From Candidatus Bathyarchaeota archaeon (GTDB lineage Archaea; Thermoproteota; Bathyarchaeia; 40CM-2-53-6; DTGE01): a stretch of 64,000 nt of DNA. The stretch lies in contig JAGTRC010000005.1 in the NCBI GenBank assembly GCA_018396725.1, forward strand, positions 15,149 to 79,148, read 5' to 3'. This document shows positions 1-10,240 of the stretch, piece after piece. The notes beneath the pieces were generated by a model. That model saw only the letters and a list, made by a program, of their open reading frames with translations, had not been told where the DNA came from and ran no database searches. Position numbers and translations under genes: made by a program. The stretch's first letter is position 1. Each line of letters opens with the position of its first letter.

Positions 1-676
1 TAAGCCCACCCTCCTAAACCTTTACCAGCTCCTGAACAGGAGGGCTCTAGCCAGGGTCCACGGCGTGGTGAAGGCGGGGAAGGAGTCCCGGATCTACTGG
101 GGAGAGACGCCCGATGGGAGGGAGGCCGCCATAAAGATATACCTGACCGTGAGCTCGGAGTTCAAGAAGGGGATGCTCAGCTACATCCTCGGGGATCCCA
201 GGTTCCCCAGGGTGAGGAGGGACGCCCGCACCTTGATCCAGCTTTGGGCTAGGAAGGAGTATAAGAACCTCTCAGCCGCCTATAAGGCGGGGGTGAGGGT
301 CCCCGAGCCCTTAACCGTGAAAGGCAACATCCTGGTGATGGAGTTCATAGGGGAGAAGGGGGTGCCGGCCCCCCTCCTAAGGGAGGCGTCGAATCTAAGG
401 ATGGAGGAGGCTTACAGGAGGATACTCGGCATGGTACGCGCCCTATACGATGGAGCGGGCCTCGTACACGCCGACCTCAGCGAATACAACGTGATGATTT
501 GGAGGGGCGAGCCGGTGTTCATAGACTTATCCCAGGCGGTCCATAGGGACCATCCCTCAGCCGAACCCTACCTGAGGAGGGACCTGGAGAACCTGAACAA
601 GTTCTTCTCCAGGAGGGGCGTTGAGGTCGTGGATGCCGGGGAGCTGACCCGGTGGGTGATGGGAGGCCATGAATAA
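1..676 (+). CDS. RIO-type serine/threonine protein kinase (Rio1-like); 5' end lies outside the window
   Basis: The reading frame is open back to position 1. Gly-rich loop KAGKESRIYWGE (STGKE-like) and catalytic HADLSEYN and IDLSQAV motifs are typical of RIO kinases. A KH/Dim2-like gene follows, as in many archaea. Confidence 0.8.
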   Translation, partial: KPTLLNLYQLLNRRALARVHGVVKAGKESRIYWGETPDGREAAIKIYLTVSSEFKKGMLSYILGDPRFPRVRRDARTLIQLWARKEYKNLSAAYKAGVRVPEPLTVKGNILVMEFIGEKGVPAPLLREASNLRMEEAYRRILGMVRALYDGAGLVHADLSEYNVMIWRGEPVFIDLSQAVHRDHPSAEPYLRRDLENLNKFFSRRGVEVVDAGELTRWVMGGHE

Positions 677-1226
677 CAGGCTCTCATTCAATATACCCAG
701 GGAGAGGGTTGGGGTCCTCATAGGCCGGGGAGGAAGGGTTAAGGAGCATATAGAGGAGAGCCTCCGGGTAAACCTCAAGGTGGACGGCTCCCTGGGCGCC
801 GTGGAGGTTGAGGGCTCGGACTCCAATCCCATGAGCGTCTGGAGGGCTAGGGACGTCGTACTGGCCATAGGGAGGGGTTTCCCGCCGGAGAAGGCCTTCA
901 AGCTCCTCTCAAGCGATGAATACCTCCTGGACGTAATGGATCTGAGATCCATCCTTGGGAGATCCGAGAACGCTATAAGGAGGGTGAAGGGGAGGATCAT
1001 AGGCAGGGAAGGGAAGACCAGGAGGATAATCGAGGAGGTGGCGGGCGTGGACATCTCCGTATATGGACACACGGTCTCGATAATAGGCCTGTACGAGAAC
1101 ATCGTAATAGCAAGGGATGCGATTAAAATGCTTATAGAAGGTAAGACCCACGCCACAGTGTACAGGTTCCTCAGCGAGAGGAGGAGGGAGCTGAAGAAGC
1201 TTTCTAAGACGAAGCTCTGGGAATGA
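669..1226 (+). CDS. KH-domain RNA-binding protein (aDim2/Pno1-like)
   Basis: Two KH GxxG loops (IGRGGRVKEH, IGREGKTRRIIEE). The start overlaps the rio stop as ATGA. Confidence 0.7.
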   Translation: MNNRLSFNIPRERVGVLIGRGGRVKEHIEESLRVNLKVDGSLGAVEVEGSDSNPMSVWRARDVVLAIGRGFPPEKAFKLLSSDEYLLDVMDLRSILGRSENAIRRVKGRIIGREGKTRRIIEEVAGVDISVYGHTVSIIGLYENIVIARDAIKMLIEGKTHATVYRFLSERRRELKKLSKTKLWE

Positions 1227-1249
1227 TCCCTTAAAGGGAGGTTTAGGAG

Positions 1250-2782
1250 TTGAGCTTGGAGGCCTTCCAGGAGATAAGCCCCGCAGACTTCTTCTACAGG
1301 AACAGGGACATAGCCGGCTTCACGAACCCCTCCAGGGCCCTATACTCGACTGTGAGGGAGCTGGTGGAGAACTCCCTGGACGCCTGCGAGACCAGCATGA
1401 TACCCCCGGACATCTACGTGAGGCTTAGACAACCAGTGGAGACGGAGAAGTACCCTACGACTTATGAGGTCAGGGTCAAGGACAACGGGTTGGGGGTACC
1501 CCCGGACGTCATACCGTCGGCCTTCGGCCAGGTCCTTTTCGGATCCAAGTACAGGCTTAGACAGGCCAGGGGGACCTTCGGCCTGGGCGTGAAGATGGCC
1601 CTCCTCTACGGGCAGATAACCACCCATTCAGCCACCAGGGTGGTCTCAGCCACCATCGGAAGCGACAAGATCCATGAATACACCCTCAACATGGATATAC
1701 AGAGCAATAAGCCCATAATCCTCGAGAGGAAGGTTAAACCCAACAATGGGGGATGGCATGGCACCATAGTGGAGTTCTCCACGGAAGGAGACTATCCGAG
1801 GGCCATGCCCAAGATAATAGAGTACCTCAGGCAGACCGCCATAGTAGCCCCATACGCGGATATAACCTTCGTGGACCCTAAGGGTCGAATATACAGGTTT
1901 GAAAGGGCGACCTCCAAGATGCCTAAGCCGCCCAAGGAGACGAAGCCCCACCCCGAGGGGGTGGACGTTGAAACCTTTAAGAGGCTCCTAGCCGCCTCCG
2001 AGGCTAAGACCCTGAGGGATTTCATGATGGAGAGCTTCCAGAGGATAGGGAGGAAGACCGCTGAAGCCTTCCTGGAGTACGCGGGGCTAGACCCTAAAAA
2101 AACGGTGGCCAGCCTCTCCCCTGAGGAGATACTCCTCATAGTGAACTCCATGAAGAGCTATGGGAGGTTCCTGCCACCCGACGCCTCATGCCTATCCCCC
2201 CTGGGGGAGGAGCTCCTGGAGGCCGGCATAAGGAAGGTCTTGAAGCCCGAGTTCGTAGCGGTCCACCAGAGACCAGCCGCATCCTATTCAGGCTATCCCT
2301 TCATAGTGGAGGTGGGGATAGCCTATGGTGGAGGGATCCCGAAGGAGGATAAAGTGGCGCTTCTAAGGTTCGCGAACAAGATACCCCTCCTGTTCGACGA
2401 GGCCAGCGACGTCTCATGGAAGGTGGTGAACAGCCTGGACTGGCGGAGATACAAGATCACCATGGATATGCCCATAGCGGTTATAACCCATCTATGCAGC
2501 ACGAAGATACCCTACAAGACCGTGGGGAAAGAGTACATAGCGGATCGGCCTGAGATCGAGAGGGAGATACTCTGCGGCTTAAGGGAGGTAGCCAGGAGGC
2601 TCTCCACATTCATATCCAAGAGGAGGAGCGTGGAGTTGGAGAGGAAGAGGCTGAACATATTCCTGAAGTATCTCCCGAAGCTCGCAAGCTTCTCCACCAG
2701 GCTTGCGGGGAAGAAGGAGGAACCCGACATAAAAAAGCTCCTAAGGAAGGTGTCGAGGCTTGTCCCCGTCGATGAGGGATAG
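1250..2782 (+). CDS. top6B: DNA topoisomerase VI subunit B
   Basis: GHKL/Bergerat ATPase motifs (ELVENSLDA, KDNGLGVP, GTFGLG). The 510-aa protein overlaps the downstream top6A gene. Confidence 0.9.
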   Translation: MSLEAFQEISPADFFYRNRDIAGFTNPSRALYSTVRELVENSLDACETSMIPPDIYVRLRQPVETEKYPTTYEVRVKDNGLGVPPDVIPSAFGQVLFGSKYRLRQARGTFGLGVKMALLYGQITTHSATRVVSATIGSDKIHEYTLNMDIQSNKPIILERKVKPNNGGWHGTIVEFSTEGDYPRAMPKIIEYLRQTAIVAPYADITFVDPKGRIYRFERATSKMPKPPKETKPHPEGVDVETFKRLLAASEAKTLRDFMMESFQRIGRKTAEAFLEYAGLDPKKTVASLSPEEILLIVNSMKSYGRFLPPDASCLSPLGEELLEAGIRKVLKPEFVAVHQRPAASYSGYPFIVEVGIAYGGGIPKEDKVALLRFANKIPLLFDEASDVSWKVVNSLDWRRYKITMDMPIAVITHLCSTKIPYKTVGKEYIADRPEIEREILCGLREVARRLSTFISKRRSVELERKRLNIFLKYLPKLASFSTRLAGKKEEPDIKKLLRKVSRLVPVDEG

Positions 2783-3848
2783 GAAGAGGAGGGTGGAGGA
2801 GGCCCTCATAAAGGTAGGCTCATCCATATATGAGCAGCTCAGGATGGGGAGCTTCCCATACGTTGAGCTCCCCAGCAGATCCACATCAAACATATACTAC
2901 GATGAGGAGTACAGGCAGTACATCCTAGGGGGTAGGAGGATCCGCCGGAGCTCCAGGAACATCCGGCATATAAGGCCTCTCACCCAGCTGGTATGGGCTG
3001 CCTACTTCGTGAAGGAGCTCACGGGGCAGGGTAAGACGAGCACCCTCAGGGACGTCTATTATTCAGCCCAGGCGTACGAGATGAACTTCAAGGACCAGCC
3101 GGAGAGCGACAACGTCCTCACGGACCTGGAGGCCCTGATAGGCCATCCAAGGGAGGACTTCAACGTATTCCCCGAGGAGAGGAGCGCCATATTCGGAGAC
3201 CTAACCATAGAGTACACGGTCCCAGGCTACGAGGGGCGGAGATTGAACCTGACGAGCCATCCGGACGGCGTCATGATAGGACCGGCCCTGACCAACGCGG
3301 AGTTCGTGGAATGCAAAGCCGACAAGGTTATAGCCGTGGAGAAGGGCGCTTTGTTCACCCGCTTCGTCGAGGAGAGGGTCCATGAGAGGTTTAACGCCAT
3401 ACTGGTTCAAACAGCAGGGCAGGCTCCCAGAGCCACCAGGGCCCTCATAAGGAGGTTGAACGTGGAGCTCAACCTCCCGGTGATAGTGCTCACGGACGGC
3501 GACCCATGGGGCATGCACATAGCCATGGTCATAATAAGCGGATCGGCCAACGCAGCCCACGTGAGGGAGCTCAACACCCCCGATGCGAAATGGATGGGGG
3601 TATGGGCCACCGATATAATCGAGTATAAGCTGCCCACCGACCCGTTGAACGACCTCGACATCAAGAGGCTCCACGAGCTCAGCAAGGACCCGAGATATAA
3701 GGATCCATTGTGGAGGAGGGAGATAAACGCCTTCCTAAAGATAAAGAGGAAGGCGGAGCAGGAGGCCTTCAGCAGATACGGCCTCACATTCATAGTGGAT
3801 GAGTACCTGCCAGCCAAGATAGAGGAATTCGACAAGGAGACGGGTTGA
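2760..3848 (+). CDS. top6A: DNA topoisomerase VI subunit A (Spo11-like)
   Basis: Spo11/TopoVI-A-like sequence throughout, with the catalytic Tyr region and Toprim-type acidic residues (VLTDGDPWG). Sits in the usual B-A operon order. Confidence 0.9.
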   Translation: MSPSMRDRKRRVEEALIKVGSSIYEQLRMGSFPYVELPSRSTSNIYYDEEYRQYILGGRRIRRSSRNIRHIRPLTQLVWAAYFVKELTGQGKTSTLRDVYYSAQAYEMNFKDQPESDNVLTDLEALIGHPREDFNVFPEERSAIFGDLTIEYTVPGYEGRRLNLTSHPDGVMIGPALTNAEFVECKADKVIAVEKGALFTRFVEERVHERFNAILVQTAGQAPRATRALIRRLNVELNLPVIVLTDGDPWGMHIAMVIISGSANAAHVRELNTPDAKWMGVWATDIIEYKLPTDPLNDLDIKRLHELSKDPRYKDPLWRREINAFLKIKRKAEQEAFSRYGLTFIVDEYLPAKIEEFDKETG

Positions 3849-4088
3849 ACCACTGCAGGGCCCCACGGGTTCTCATACTCCTCCCTCGAAGCCTTCGGAA
3901 TGGGGATGAACAATTGATGTACAGCGCAGAATATGCCGTGTGACGATTCCATCGCGGTCCTCAGCTCAATGAGGCATGCCGGAGCTCCTTGATCCGTGGG
4001 GGGACGCCGATGCAGGGATGCGTTCACCGAGGGTGGGCTGAAAGCCGCCGGGGATTACGGGATCATTCATAGATGCTCGGGACTTCGT

Positions 4089-5876
4089 CTATTCAGCAAT
4101 GTAAGTGTAGTATTCACCGCGCTCCCTTTGGATCCTATCCATCCTGCTTCCAGGCTTGTTCGCTCTTAGACGGCCTGAGTCAGGATCCCTCCTGAAGGTG
4201 ACATCCATCTCCTTTAGGAACTGGTTTATCCCCTCGCCGAACGGTAATGGGGGGTTCGCCACCCCGATAACCCCTGGGGTGCCCTGGAATATCATGACGG
4301 CGTCGGCGAGCATGTGGGCCGCGGTCAGGTCGTGCTCCACGACGAACGCGTATTTCCCCCTCTCCTCGACTATTTCACGTATGATCTTCGAGACCGTGAG
4401 CCTCTCCTCCACGTCCAGGTATGCGCTGGGCTCGTCGATGAGGTAGATGTCGGCGTCCCTGAGGATGCAGGCGGCTACGGCGACCTTCTGCAACTCCCCC
4501 CCGCTCAGCTGGCCTACCCTCTTATCCAGGAGGAAGGTTAGATTCAACGGTTCAAGTATCTTCTCTTTGAATACATCCCTGAGATCCGCCGCTATCTCCA
4601 CGTGGCTGAGGAGCTCCCCGGTCGTGCCCTCGTATCGGGAGTATATGTGCTGGGGCTTATAGGCGATCCTGAGCCATTTTGAGGGCAATCGCTCCTCCCC
4701 GGAGGGGAGCAGCCCAGCTATCAACTTGATGAACGTGGTCTTGCCTATGCCGTTGGGTCCCAGTATGACCATTATCTCGCCGGATCTCACGTCTCCACCC
4801 TCGACCTTCAGGGAGAAGCCGTCGTAGGAGAAGTTCATCTCGGGCCAGTCTATCCCAGGGCTTTTATCTCGAACTTTAGGACTCACCGCATGGAACCTTA
4901 TGCTATCCCTCCTAAACCTCACGTTCTCATCGGGTATGTACCCGTCCAGGTAAACGTTTATCCCCTGCCTCGATCCATGGACGTGGGATACTATCCCGTA
5001 GACCCCCGGCTCACCGTATAGGATGCATACTTGATCTGAAAGGTAGTCGAGCATCACCAGGTCGTGCTCGGATACTATAACGGTCTTCCCATGATCCACC
5101 AAGCTTCTGATCGCCTTGGAGGCCCTGATCCTCTGATATACATCTAGGTGGCTGCTGGGCTCATCGAATATGTATACGTCGCCTTCCCGGCATATGCTCA
5201 GGGCTAGGGCCACCCTTTGAAGCTCGCCCCCGCTGAGAACCTCCAGGCGCTTATCCATGAGGCCGGCGACATCCAGCATCTCCAACACCCCCTTGGAGCC
5301 CGGCGATGGATCGTCCAGGTCATCCATGAGCTCCGAGGCCTTCAAGCTCGTATCCGAGAAGAGGTCGAGCAGGTTCTGGGGCTTGACGACCACCCTCAGC
5401 TTCCCCGCGCTTAGATCCCTGAAGTAGTTCTGGAGGAGGGAGCCCCTGAACCTCCTTATGACGGCGTCCCAGGAGGGGGGTGAACCCCACTCGCCCAGGT
5501 TGGGCTTCACGTAGCCGGATAATATCCGGAGCGCCGTGGTCTTGCCTATGCCGTTCTTTCCTATCAACCCGGTTATGAAGCCCCTCTTAGGGATGGGCAG
5601 CCTGTAAAGCTTGAAGGAGTTGGGGCCGTAGCGGTGGACGCACTCCCCCTCCAACTCCTCAGGTATATTCGTAACCTTGACCGCGTGGAAGGGACACTTC
5701 TTCACGCATATGCCGCATCCTGAGCACAGCTCCTCCACTATCAAGGGGAGGCCCCTCTCCTCATCCATCCTTATGGCTTCGACTCGGCTCCTCACCATGG
5801 GGCAGAAGCTTATACAGGGCCTCGTACAATCCTTAGGCCTGCAACGATCCGCATCTATCACCGCAACCCTACCCAA
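4089..5876 (-). CDS. ABCE1 / RNase L inhibitor (ribosome recycling ATPase)
   Basis: N-terminal tandem 4Fe-4S Cys clusters (CRPKDCTRPCISFCP; CSGCGICVKKCP). Two ABC cassettes with Walker A GKNGIGKTT and GPNGIGKTT and two LSGGE signatures. Confidence 0.9.
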   Translation of the reverse strand: MGRVAVIDADRCRPKDCTRPCISFCPMVRSRVEAIRMDEERGLPLIVEELCSGCGICVKKCPFHAVKVTNIPEELEGECVHRYGPNSFKLYRLPIPKRGFITGLIGKNGIGKTTALRILSGYVKPNLGEWGSPPSWDAVIRRFRGSLLQNYFRDLSAGKLRVVVKPQNLLDLFSDTSLKASELMDDLDDPSPGSKGVLEMLDVAGLMDKRLEVLSGGELQRVALALSICREGDVYIFDEPSSHLDVYQRIRASKAIRSLVDHGKTVIVSEHDLVMLDYLSDQVCILYGEPGVYGIVSHVHGSRQGINVYLDGYIPDENVRFRRDSIRFHAVSPKVRDKSPGIDWPEMNFSYDGFSLKVEGGDVRSGEIMVILGPNGIGKTTFIKLIAGLLPSGEERLPSKWLRIAYKPQHIYSRYEGTTGELLSHVEIAADLRDVFKEKILEPLNLTFLLDKRVGQLSGGELQKVAVAACILRDADIYLIDEPSAYLDVEERLTVSKIIREIVEERGKYAFVVEHDLTAAHMLADAVMIFQGTPGVIGVANPPLPFGEGINQFLKEMDVTFRRDPDSGRLRANKPGSRMDRIQRERGEYYTYIAE

Positions 5877-6433
5877 GGCAGCCTCACCTCGAAAGAGGTA
5901 TCCGAGACAGGTTCAACCCGTCGAAAAGGACATCGGATTAATGGAAAAGAGAAAAGACCTATATAAATAAATAGGGGGGATTCAACCCCGAGGAGGCTTC
6001 AGGACCCCTCACCACTCCTCCTCCTCGACCTCCTCTTCCTCCCACTCCTCCTCCCATTCCTCCTCGCTCAAGCAAAGCCTCCTCCATCAACATGCGGGAG
6101 ATAATATTAGAAATCGAATAGTAAAAAAAGGTTGCGGCTGGAACCTTTAAAACCGGCGGGATGGGGATCCACCCCGGGAAATTCAGCATCTTATAAACAT
6201 GCCGAGCTGGCGTCCATGATCGATCCAATATTCCTCCCCGGCCCCTCCTCGCCATCCAGCAAGCTCCCCCTTTAGGCGCCCTCGGATCCCCTACAGCGTG
6301 TCGTGTAGGGCGCCCAGCCGCTATACTAGTGGCTTCCAACCCAACCCTGTAGCTGCCTTAAACATCCACTCCAGTCGACGGGGACCTCACCTCTTAAACG
6401 TTTATATGTTTCATATACATAAATTGTATACAA

Positions 6434-6667
6434 GTGGTGTTTATGAGCTCCACCGTCAGCATAAGGGTGCCTAGAAGGGTTAAGGAGCTCCTCCAGGAGC
6501 TGAACATAGACTGGTACGGTAAAGTCAAGGAATACCTTGAGGAGCTCATAAAGGAGGAGCTGAGGAACCGGATACTAAACGAAGCCGACGAGATTAGGAG
6601 CTCCATAGGAGCGGAGACCAGCCCAGCCGCCAAGCTCATACGCGAGGATAGAGAGAATGCCCGCTGA
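6434..6667 (+). CDS. VapB-type antitoxin (RHH/AF2212-like)
   Basis: 77-aa protein with N-terminal STVSIRVPRRVKELLQE, typical of archaeal PIN-associated antitoxins. It overlaps the downstream PIN gene. Confidence 0.55.
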   Translation: MVFMSSTVSIRVPRRVKELLQELNIDWYGKVKEYLEELIKEELRNRILNEADEIRSSIGAETSPAAKLIREDRENAR

Positions 6668-7079
6668 AGCTGTCCTCGACGCCTCCGCGATAGCGGCCCT
6701 CTACACGCCCGAGGCGCATAGCGGATGGGTCAGAGACGCCGTTCGGAGGCACCGTAGATTCCACATCCTGGACCTAACCTTCTACGAGGTCTCCAACGCC
6801 CTATGGAAGAAACTCCTCCTAAGGGAGATGAAAGGCAGCGAAATGGACAGGGCGCTTAGGGGAGCCTGGAAGTTCATGGACACCCTCTGCCTCACCCACA
6901 GCCACAAGGAGGTTAGGGAGAGATCCCTAGAGGCCTCCATCAGATATGCCTTGACGATCTACGACTCATCATACCTCGCCCTTGCCGAAAATCTAGGCGT
7001 GAAACTCATAACCGTCGATATGGACCTCCATGAGAGGCTAAGGGAAACCCCCCTGGACAGGATGCTAGTTCATCCCTGA
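6657..7079 (+). CDS. PIN-domain ribonuclease VapC
   Basis: Conserved acidic PIN positions (LDASAI..., ...SYLALAE, ITVDMD). 140 aa, immediately after a small antitoxin gene. Confidence 0.8.
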   Translation: MPAEAVLDASAIAALYTPEAHSGWVRDAVRRHRRFHILDLTFYEVSNALWKKLLLREMKGSEMDRALRGAWKFMDTLCLTHSHKEVRERSLEASIRYALTIYDSSYLALAENLGVKLITVDMDLHERLRETPLDRMLVHP

Positions 7080-7256
7080 AAGGCCCGGAATGAGCGGAAG
7101 CGGGTGAGCCTCATCCCTGCAAGGTCTCCGGCCCACGTTGCCTCCTCCCCTTCCATCTTCGGCGAAGGCCCTAAGCATCTCCCTGAAATGCCGGGGATGC
7201 CAGCCGGGGAACCGAGCTGGAGGATCCCTTAATCGGGGATCTTAAGCCTTAGGATC

Positions 7257-8174
7257 CTATCGATCCATCGCGCCCCTCCACCCAACCAATTTAACGGTCG
7301 CCTCATCCCCCTCCCTCAAGCTCATCCTCCCGATCTCTAACGGTATCAGCTTCACATATCTATCGTTCATGTATACGCTGAGGCCCCTGTAGGGTTCGCC
7401 GTTCACGCTAACCCTCACCCTTTCACACTTGAAGTGGAGATATCCCCTCCTATAATAGTCGGGGAACGCGTCGACCCCTAGAATTTTCAGATGTGCCCCC
7501 TCGGGTTTTCCTCCCCTCCCTATGGCTGCGCAGTGTCCATAGTGGGGTATCCCTCCCTCCAGGTATCCGGTGAAGCCCTCTAGGCTGAGCTGAACCGGGG
7601 AGGCTAGGCCGGGGGTACCTCCAGGGGCCCTCAACAATGCATATCTCTCGTTCGCCTCCTCGACTCTTAAGGTCGTGAGGCTGGGCTCACCCCCCTCCTC
7701 GGGTGGGTTGAAGATCAACTTCTCCGTTAAGGCTTTCAGGTCCAGCTCGAAGCCTCCCCTAGCCCTCAGGGGATCCATGGCAGGCCTAACCTCCACGTGG
7801 ATGTGGGGGTCGGTCCAGAAATCGTAGAATGGGCTCCAAACGATCCATCCGAGGCCTTCCCCGACCCCAACCTTATCGCCGGGTTTCAAGCCCAGCCCCG
7901 GTTCCACGTGGAGCATCTTCACGGAGACGTTAGGGTCATCCAGGGATTCCAATACGATGGCGTGGTCTCTGCCCTGGGATATGGCCTTCACAAATTTGAC
8001 CTTGCCTTCTACGGGGGATAAGGCTTCAAGCGTTCCCCTCGGCGGATAGATGTCCACGGCTGAAAGCCTCCTGTGGGCGTAATAGGGGCTATTAGTGAAG
8101 CTGAAGAAGCCGTTTCCATAGCCGTAGACCTCGACGCCCTTCGCTTCAGCTATTTCGATCATGCTTCCCGGCAC
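7257..8174 (-). CDS. hypothetical protein with M23/LytM-like peptidase motifs in the N-terminal half
   Basis: HxxxD-like (AHRRLSAVDIY) and HxH (TDPHIHVEVR) motifs sit in an arrangement reminiscent of peptidase M23. The C-terminal half is unassigned. No signal peptide is evident. Confidence 0.35.
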   Translation of the reverse strand: MPGSMIEIAEAKGVEVYGYGNGFFSFTNSPYYAHRRLSAVDIYPPRGTLEALSPVEGKVKFVKAISQGRDHAIVLESLDDPNVSVKMLHVEPGLGLKPGDKVGVGEGLGWIVWSPFYDFWTDPHIHVEVRPAMDPLRARGGFELDLKALTEKLIFNPPEEGGEPSLTTLRVEEANERYALLRAPGGTPGLASPVQLSLEGFTGYLEGGIPHYGHCAAIGRGGKPEGAHLKILGVDAFPDYYRRGYLHFKCERVRVSVNGEPYRGLSVYMNDRYVKLIPLEIGRMSLREGDEATVKLVGWRGAMDR

Positions 8175-8476
8175 CCTTCGATTTTCTAGCCGACCCGTCG
8201 ATCCATGATGTATCCCCTAATGCAGATATCGATCCCTATGTGGGCCAGGTGGAAGAGTGGAGTGGCGCCCATGCCCCGGCAGTACCCTTCTCGGACCCAT
8301 CCTTGATGGATGTCGATTCCGCTGGAGGACTTCACCGCCGCATCCCACACGCCGTTTATTTATGGCTCGATGATCAATCACCGTGTAACCCTCGAGTTAA
8401 ACCTTAACTTACTGGGCATAGCCTTGACTGCGAATGCTTATATAGGGTATTACCCTGTTTAGATGTTGATGTTGAG

Positions 8477-8797
8477 ATGTATGACTTGATGGATCGTATT
8501 ATGGATGAATTGTCGAAGGGTCCAGTGACCCCGGACGAGATAGCCAAGAGTTTAGGTATAGCGTGGTCCACCGCTCAAGGCTGTCTGATGAGGCTTGTAG
8601 GAGAGGGCAAGGCGGGCTTAGCGAGGAAGGGGAGGGTGAACGTCTTCTACTTGAAAGCCCCCCGCCAACTCAGGTTCAGCGTGCCGCCGTGGGTTAAAGT
8701 TAGAAGCCTCAGGGAGCTCTCCGGAGAGTTGGAGATGTATCTTCCGGAGGAACCATGTGCAGCGGAGATGGTGAGGGCGGAGAGAGAAAAGTATTGA
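8477..8797 (+). CDS. winged-helix transcriptional regulator (MarR/TrmB-like)
   Basis: wHTH segment PDEIAKSLGIAWSTAQGCLMRLVGEGKA. Its stop TGA overlaps the TTG start of the downstream PIN gene (TTGA). Confidence 0.6.
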   Translation: MYDLMDRIMDELSKGPVTPDEIAKSLGIAWSTAQGCLMRLVGEGKAGLARKGRVNVFYLKAPRQLRFSVPPWVKVRSLRELSGELEMYLPEEPCAAEMVRAEREKY

Positions 8798-9282
8798 GGC
8801 TAGGCGTGGACACGAGTGTTTTAGTCGCCTCAGTGAAGAGGAGGGGCGAGAAATTCCACGGCTCCACATTGCAGCTGAGCGACATCATTAAGGATAGGGG
8901 CCTCCGCGCGGTAGCATCGTCCCTCACGTTAATAGAATTGCCGGGGGCCCTGGCCTCGACCACCATGCCAGTCGAGAAAATTTTTGAAGTAGAGTCCTCA
9001 ATACAGGAAAACTTTAACTTATACATCCCATCCTACGAAGAATACATCGATAAAACGGTCGAATTAATGATGGAGTTCCGAGACCTGAAGAGATCCCTAA
9101 AGATAGGGGCAGCGGACTTCCACCACCTCGCGACATCCATCAAGGAAAAATGCGAATTCTTCGTAACAGTCGATGAAAACCATCTACTGAGACCCGAGGT
9201 TAAACAAGCCCTCCAAAAGTACGTGGCGATCCTCAATCCGGAAGAAGCCCTTAAAACGCTGATGAACTCCGATCCAGAATAA
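8794..9282 (+). CDS. PIN-domain protein (VapC-like)
   Basis: PIN acidic residues at GVDTSVL, AADFHHLATS and FVTVDEN. The TTG start is coupled to the stop of the upstream wHTH gene. The ORF track extends it to 8755. Confidence 0.65.
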   Translation: MRLGVDTSVLVASVKRRGEKFHGSTLQLSDIIKDRGLRAVASSLTLIELPGALASTTMPVEKIFEVESSIQENFNLYIPSYEEYIDKTVELMMEFRDLKRSLKIGAADFHHLATSIKEKCEFFVTVDENHLLRPEVKQALQKYVAILNPEEALKTLMNSDPE

Positions 9283-9383
9283 ACACGGCCCAGGGAGGAA
9301 CGGGATAAAACGGGAGCCATAAATCATTAATTATTTACCGGGGGGAATTCAAAAACCACCCTTATAAATATGAGGGAGTAAAT

Positions 9384-10019
9384 ATGAGGAAGATAGGGAT
9401 AATAGCCCTGGCAATAGTCTTATTCTCCTTCTTAATGGGCGCCTACTTCTATCCCAAGATGCCGGAGAGGATGGTCTCCCACTGGAACCATCGGGGAGAG
9501 GTGGACGGCTACACCTCAAGGCTCTGGGGATCCTTCACCCTACCCTTCATCCTCGCCGGGCTCAGCCTACTCTTCACCGCCATCCCCAAGATTGACCCGT
9601 TGAAGGCGAATATCGAAAAATTCAGAAGACACTACGATAGATTCATCATCCTAGTCCTCATATTCACGCTCTCCGTCCATCTCCAGATAATCCTATGGAA
9701 CATCGGGGTGAAGCTCAGCCCTAACCTAACCTTCCCGATCGGGCTCAGCATCCTATTCTATTACGCTGGGATCCTCTGCGAGAACTCGAAGAGGAACTGG
9801 TTCATAGGGATAAGGACCCCCTGGACCCTAAGCAGCGAAAGAGTATGGGATAAAACCCACAGGATCGGCGGAAAACTATTCAAGATCTCCGGCGTAATCG
9901 CCCTCCTCGGAATCCCCCTCCAAAGATACATCATATTCCTCGTCCTCACCCCGGCAATCCTAACCGCCATATACACAACCGTCTACTCATGCTTTGAGTA
10001 TCAAAAGGAGATAAATTGA
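9384..10019 (+). CDS. SdpI/YhfL-family membrane protein (DUF1648 + SdpI)
   Basis: Multi-TM protein with the hallmark motif NWFIGIRTPWTLSSERVW. Confidence 0.7.
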   Translation: MRKIGIIALAIVLFSFLMGAYFYPKMPERMVSHWNHRGEVDGYTSRLWGSFTLPFILAGLSLLFTAIPKIDPLKANIEKFRRHYDRFIILVLIFTLSVHLQIILWNIGVKLSPNLTFPIGLSILFYYAGILCENSKRNWFIGIRTPWTLSSERVWDKTHRIGGKLFKISGVIALLGIPLQRYIIFLVLTPAILTAIYTTVYSCFEYQKEIN

Positions 10020-10240
10020 GGAGCATCGAGCCCCATAGATGGGGTGCGCGTCTACCGAATAAACATTTTATAGAATATCCGCACCTGATCACGTAGGGGA
10101 TGCCCCTAGGGTAGAGCGTGGTTAGAGCCATGACCGCATCAGCTCTGGGACCCCGCCTCGAAGCGTATCCCACCACTTCTAGATCTGAGACGGAGGCCCC
10201 TGCCTGAGATTCGGACAGGGGGTTCCCTATCCCCTGGAAG

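Noticed and set aside
5959-6339. 126-aa minus-strand ORF with a Gly/Arg-rich (RGG-like) C-terminus overlapping the CT-rich tract
   Set aside because: The N-terminal two thirds look like translated GC-rich non-coding DNA, there is no upstream context, and the low-complexity tail is simply the reverse complement of the polypyrimidine tract.
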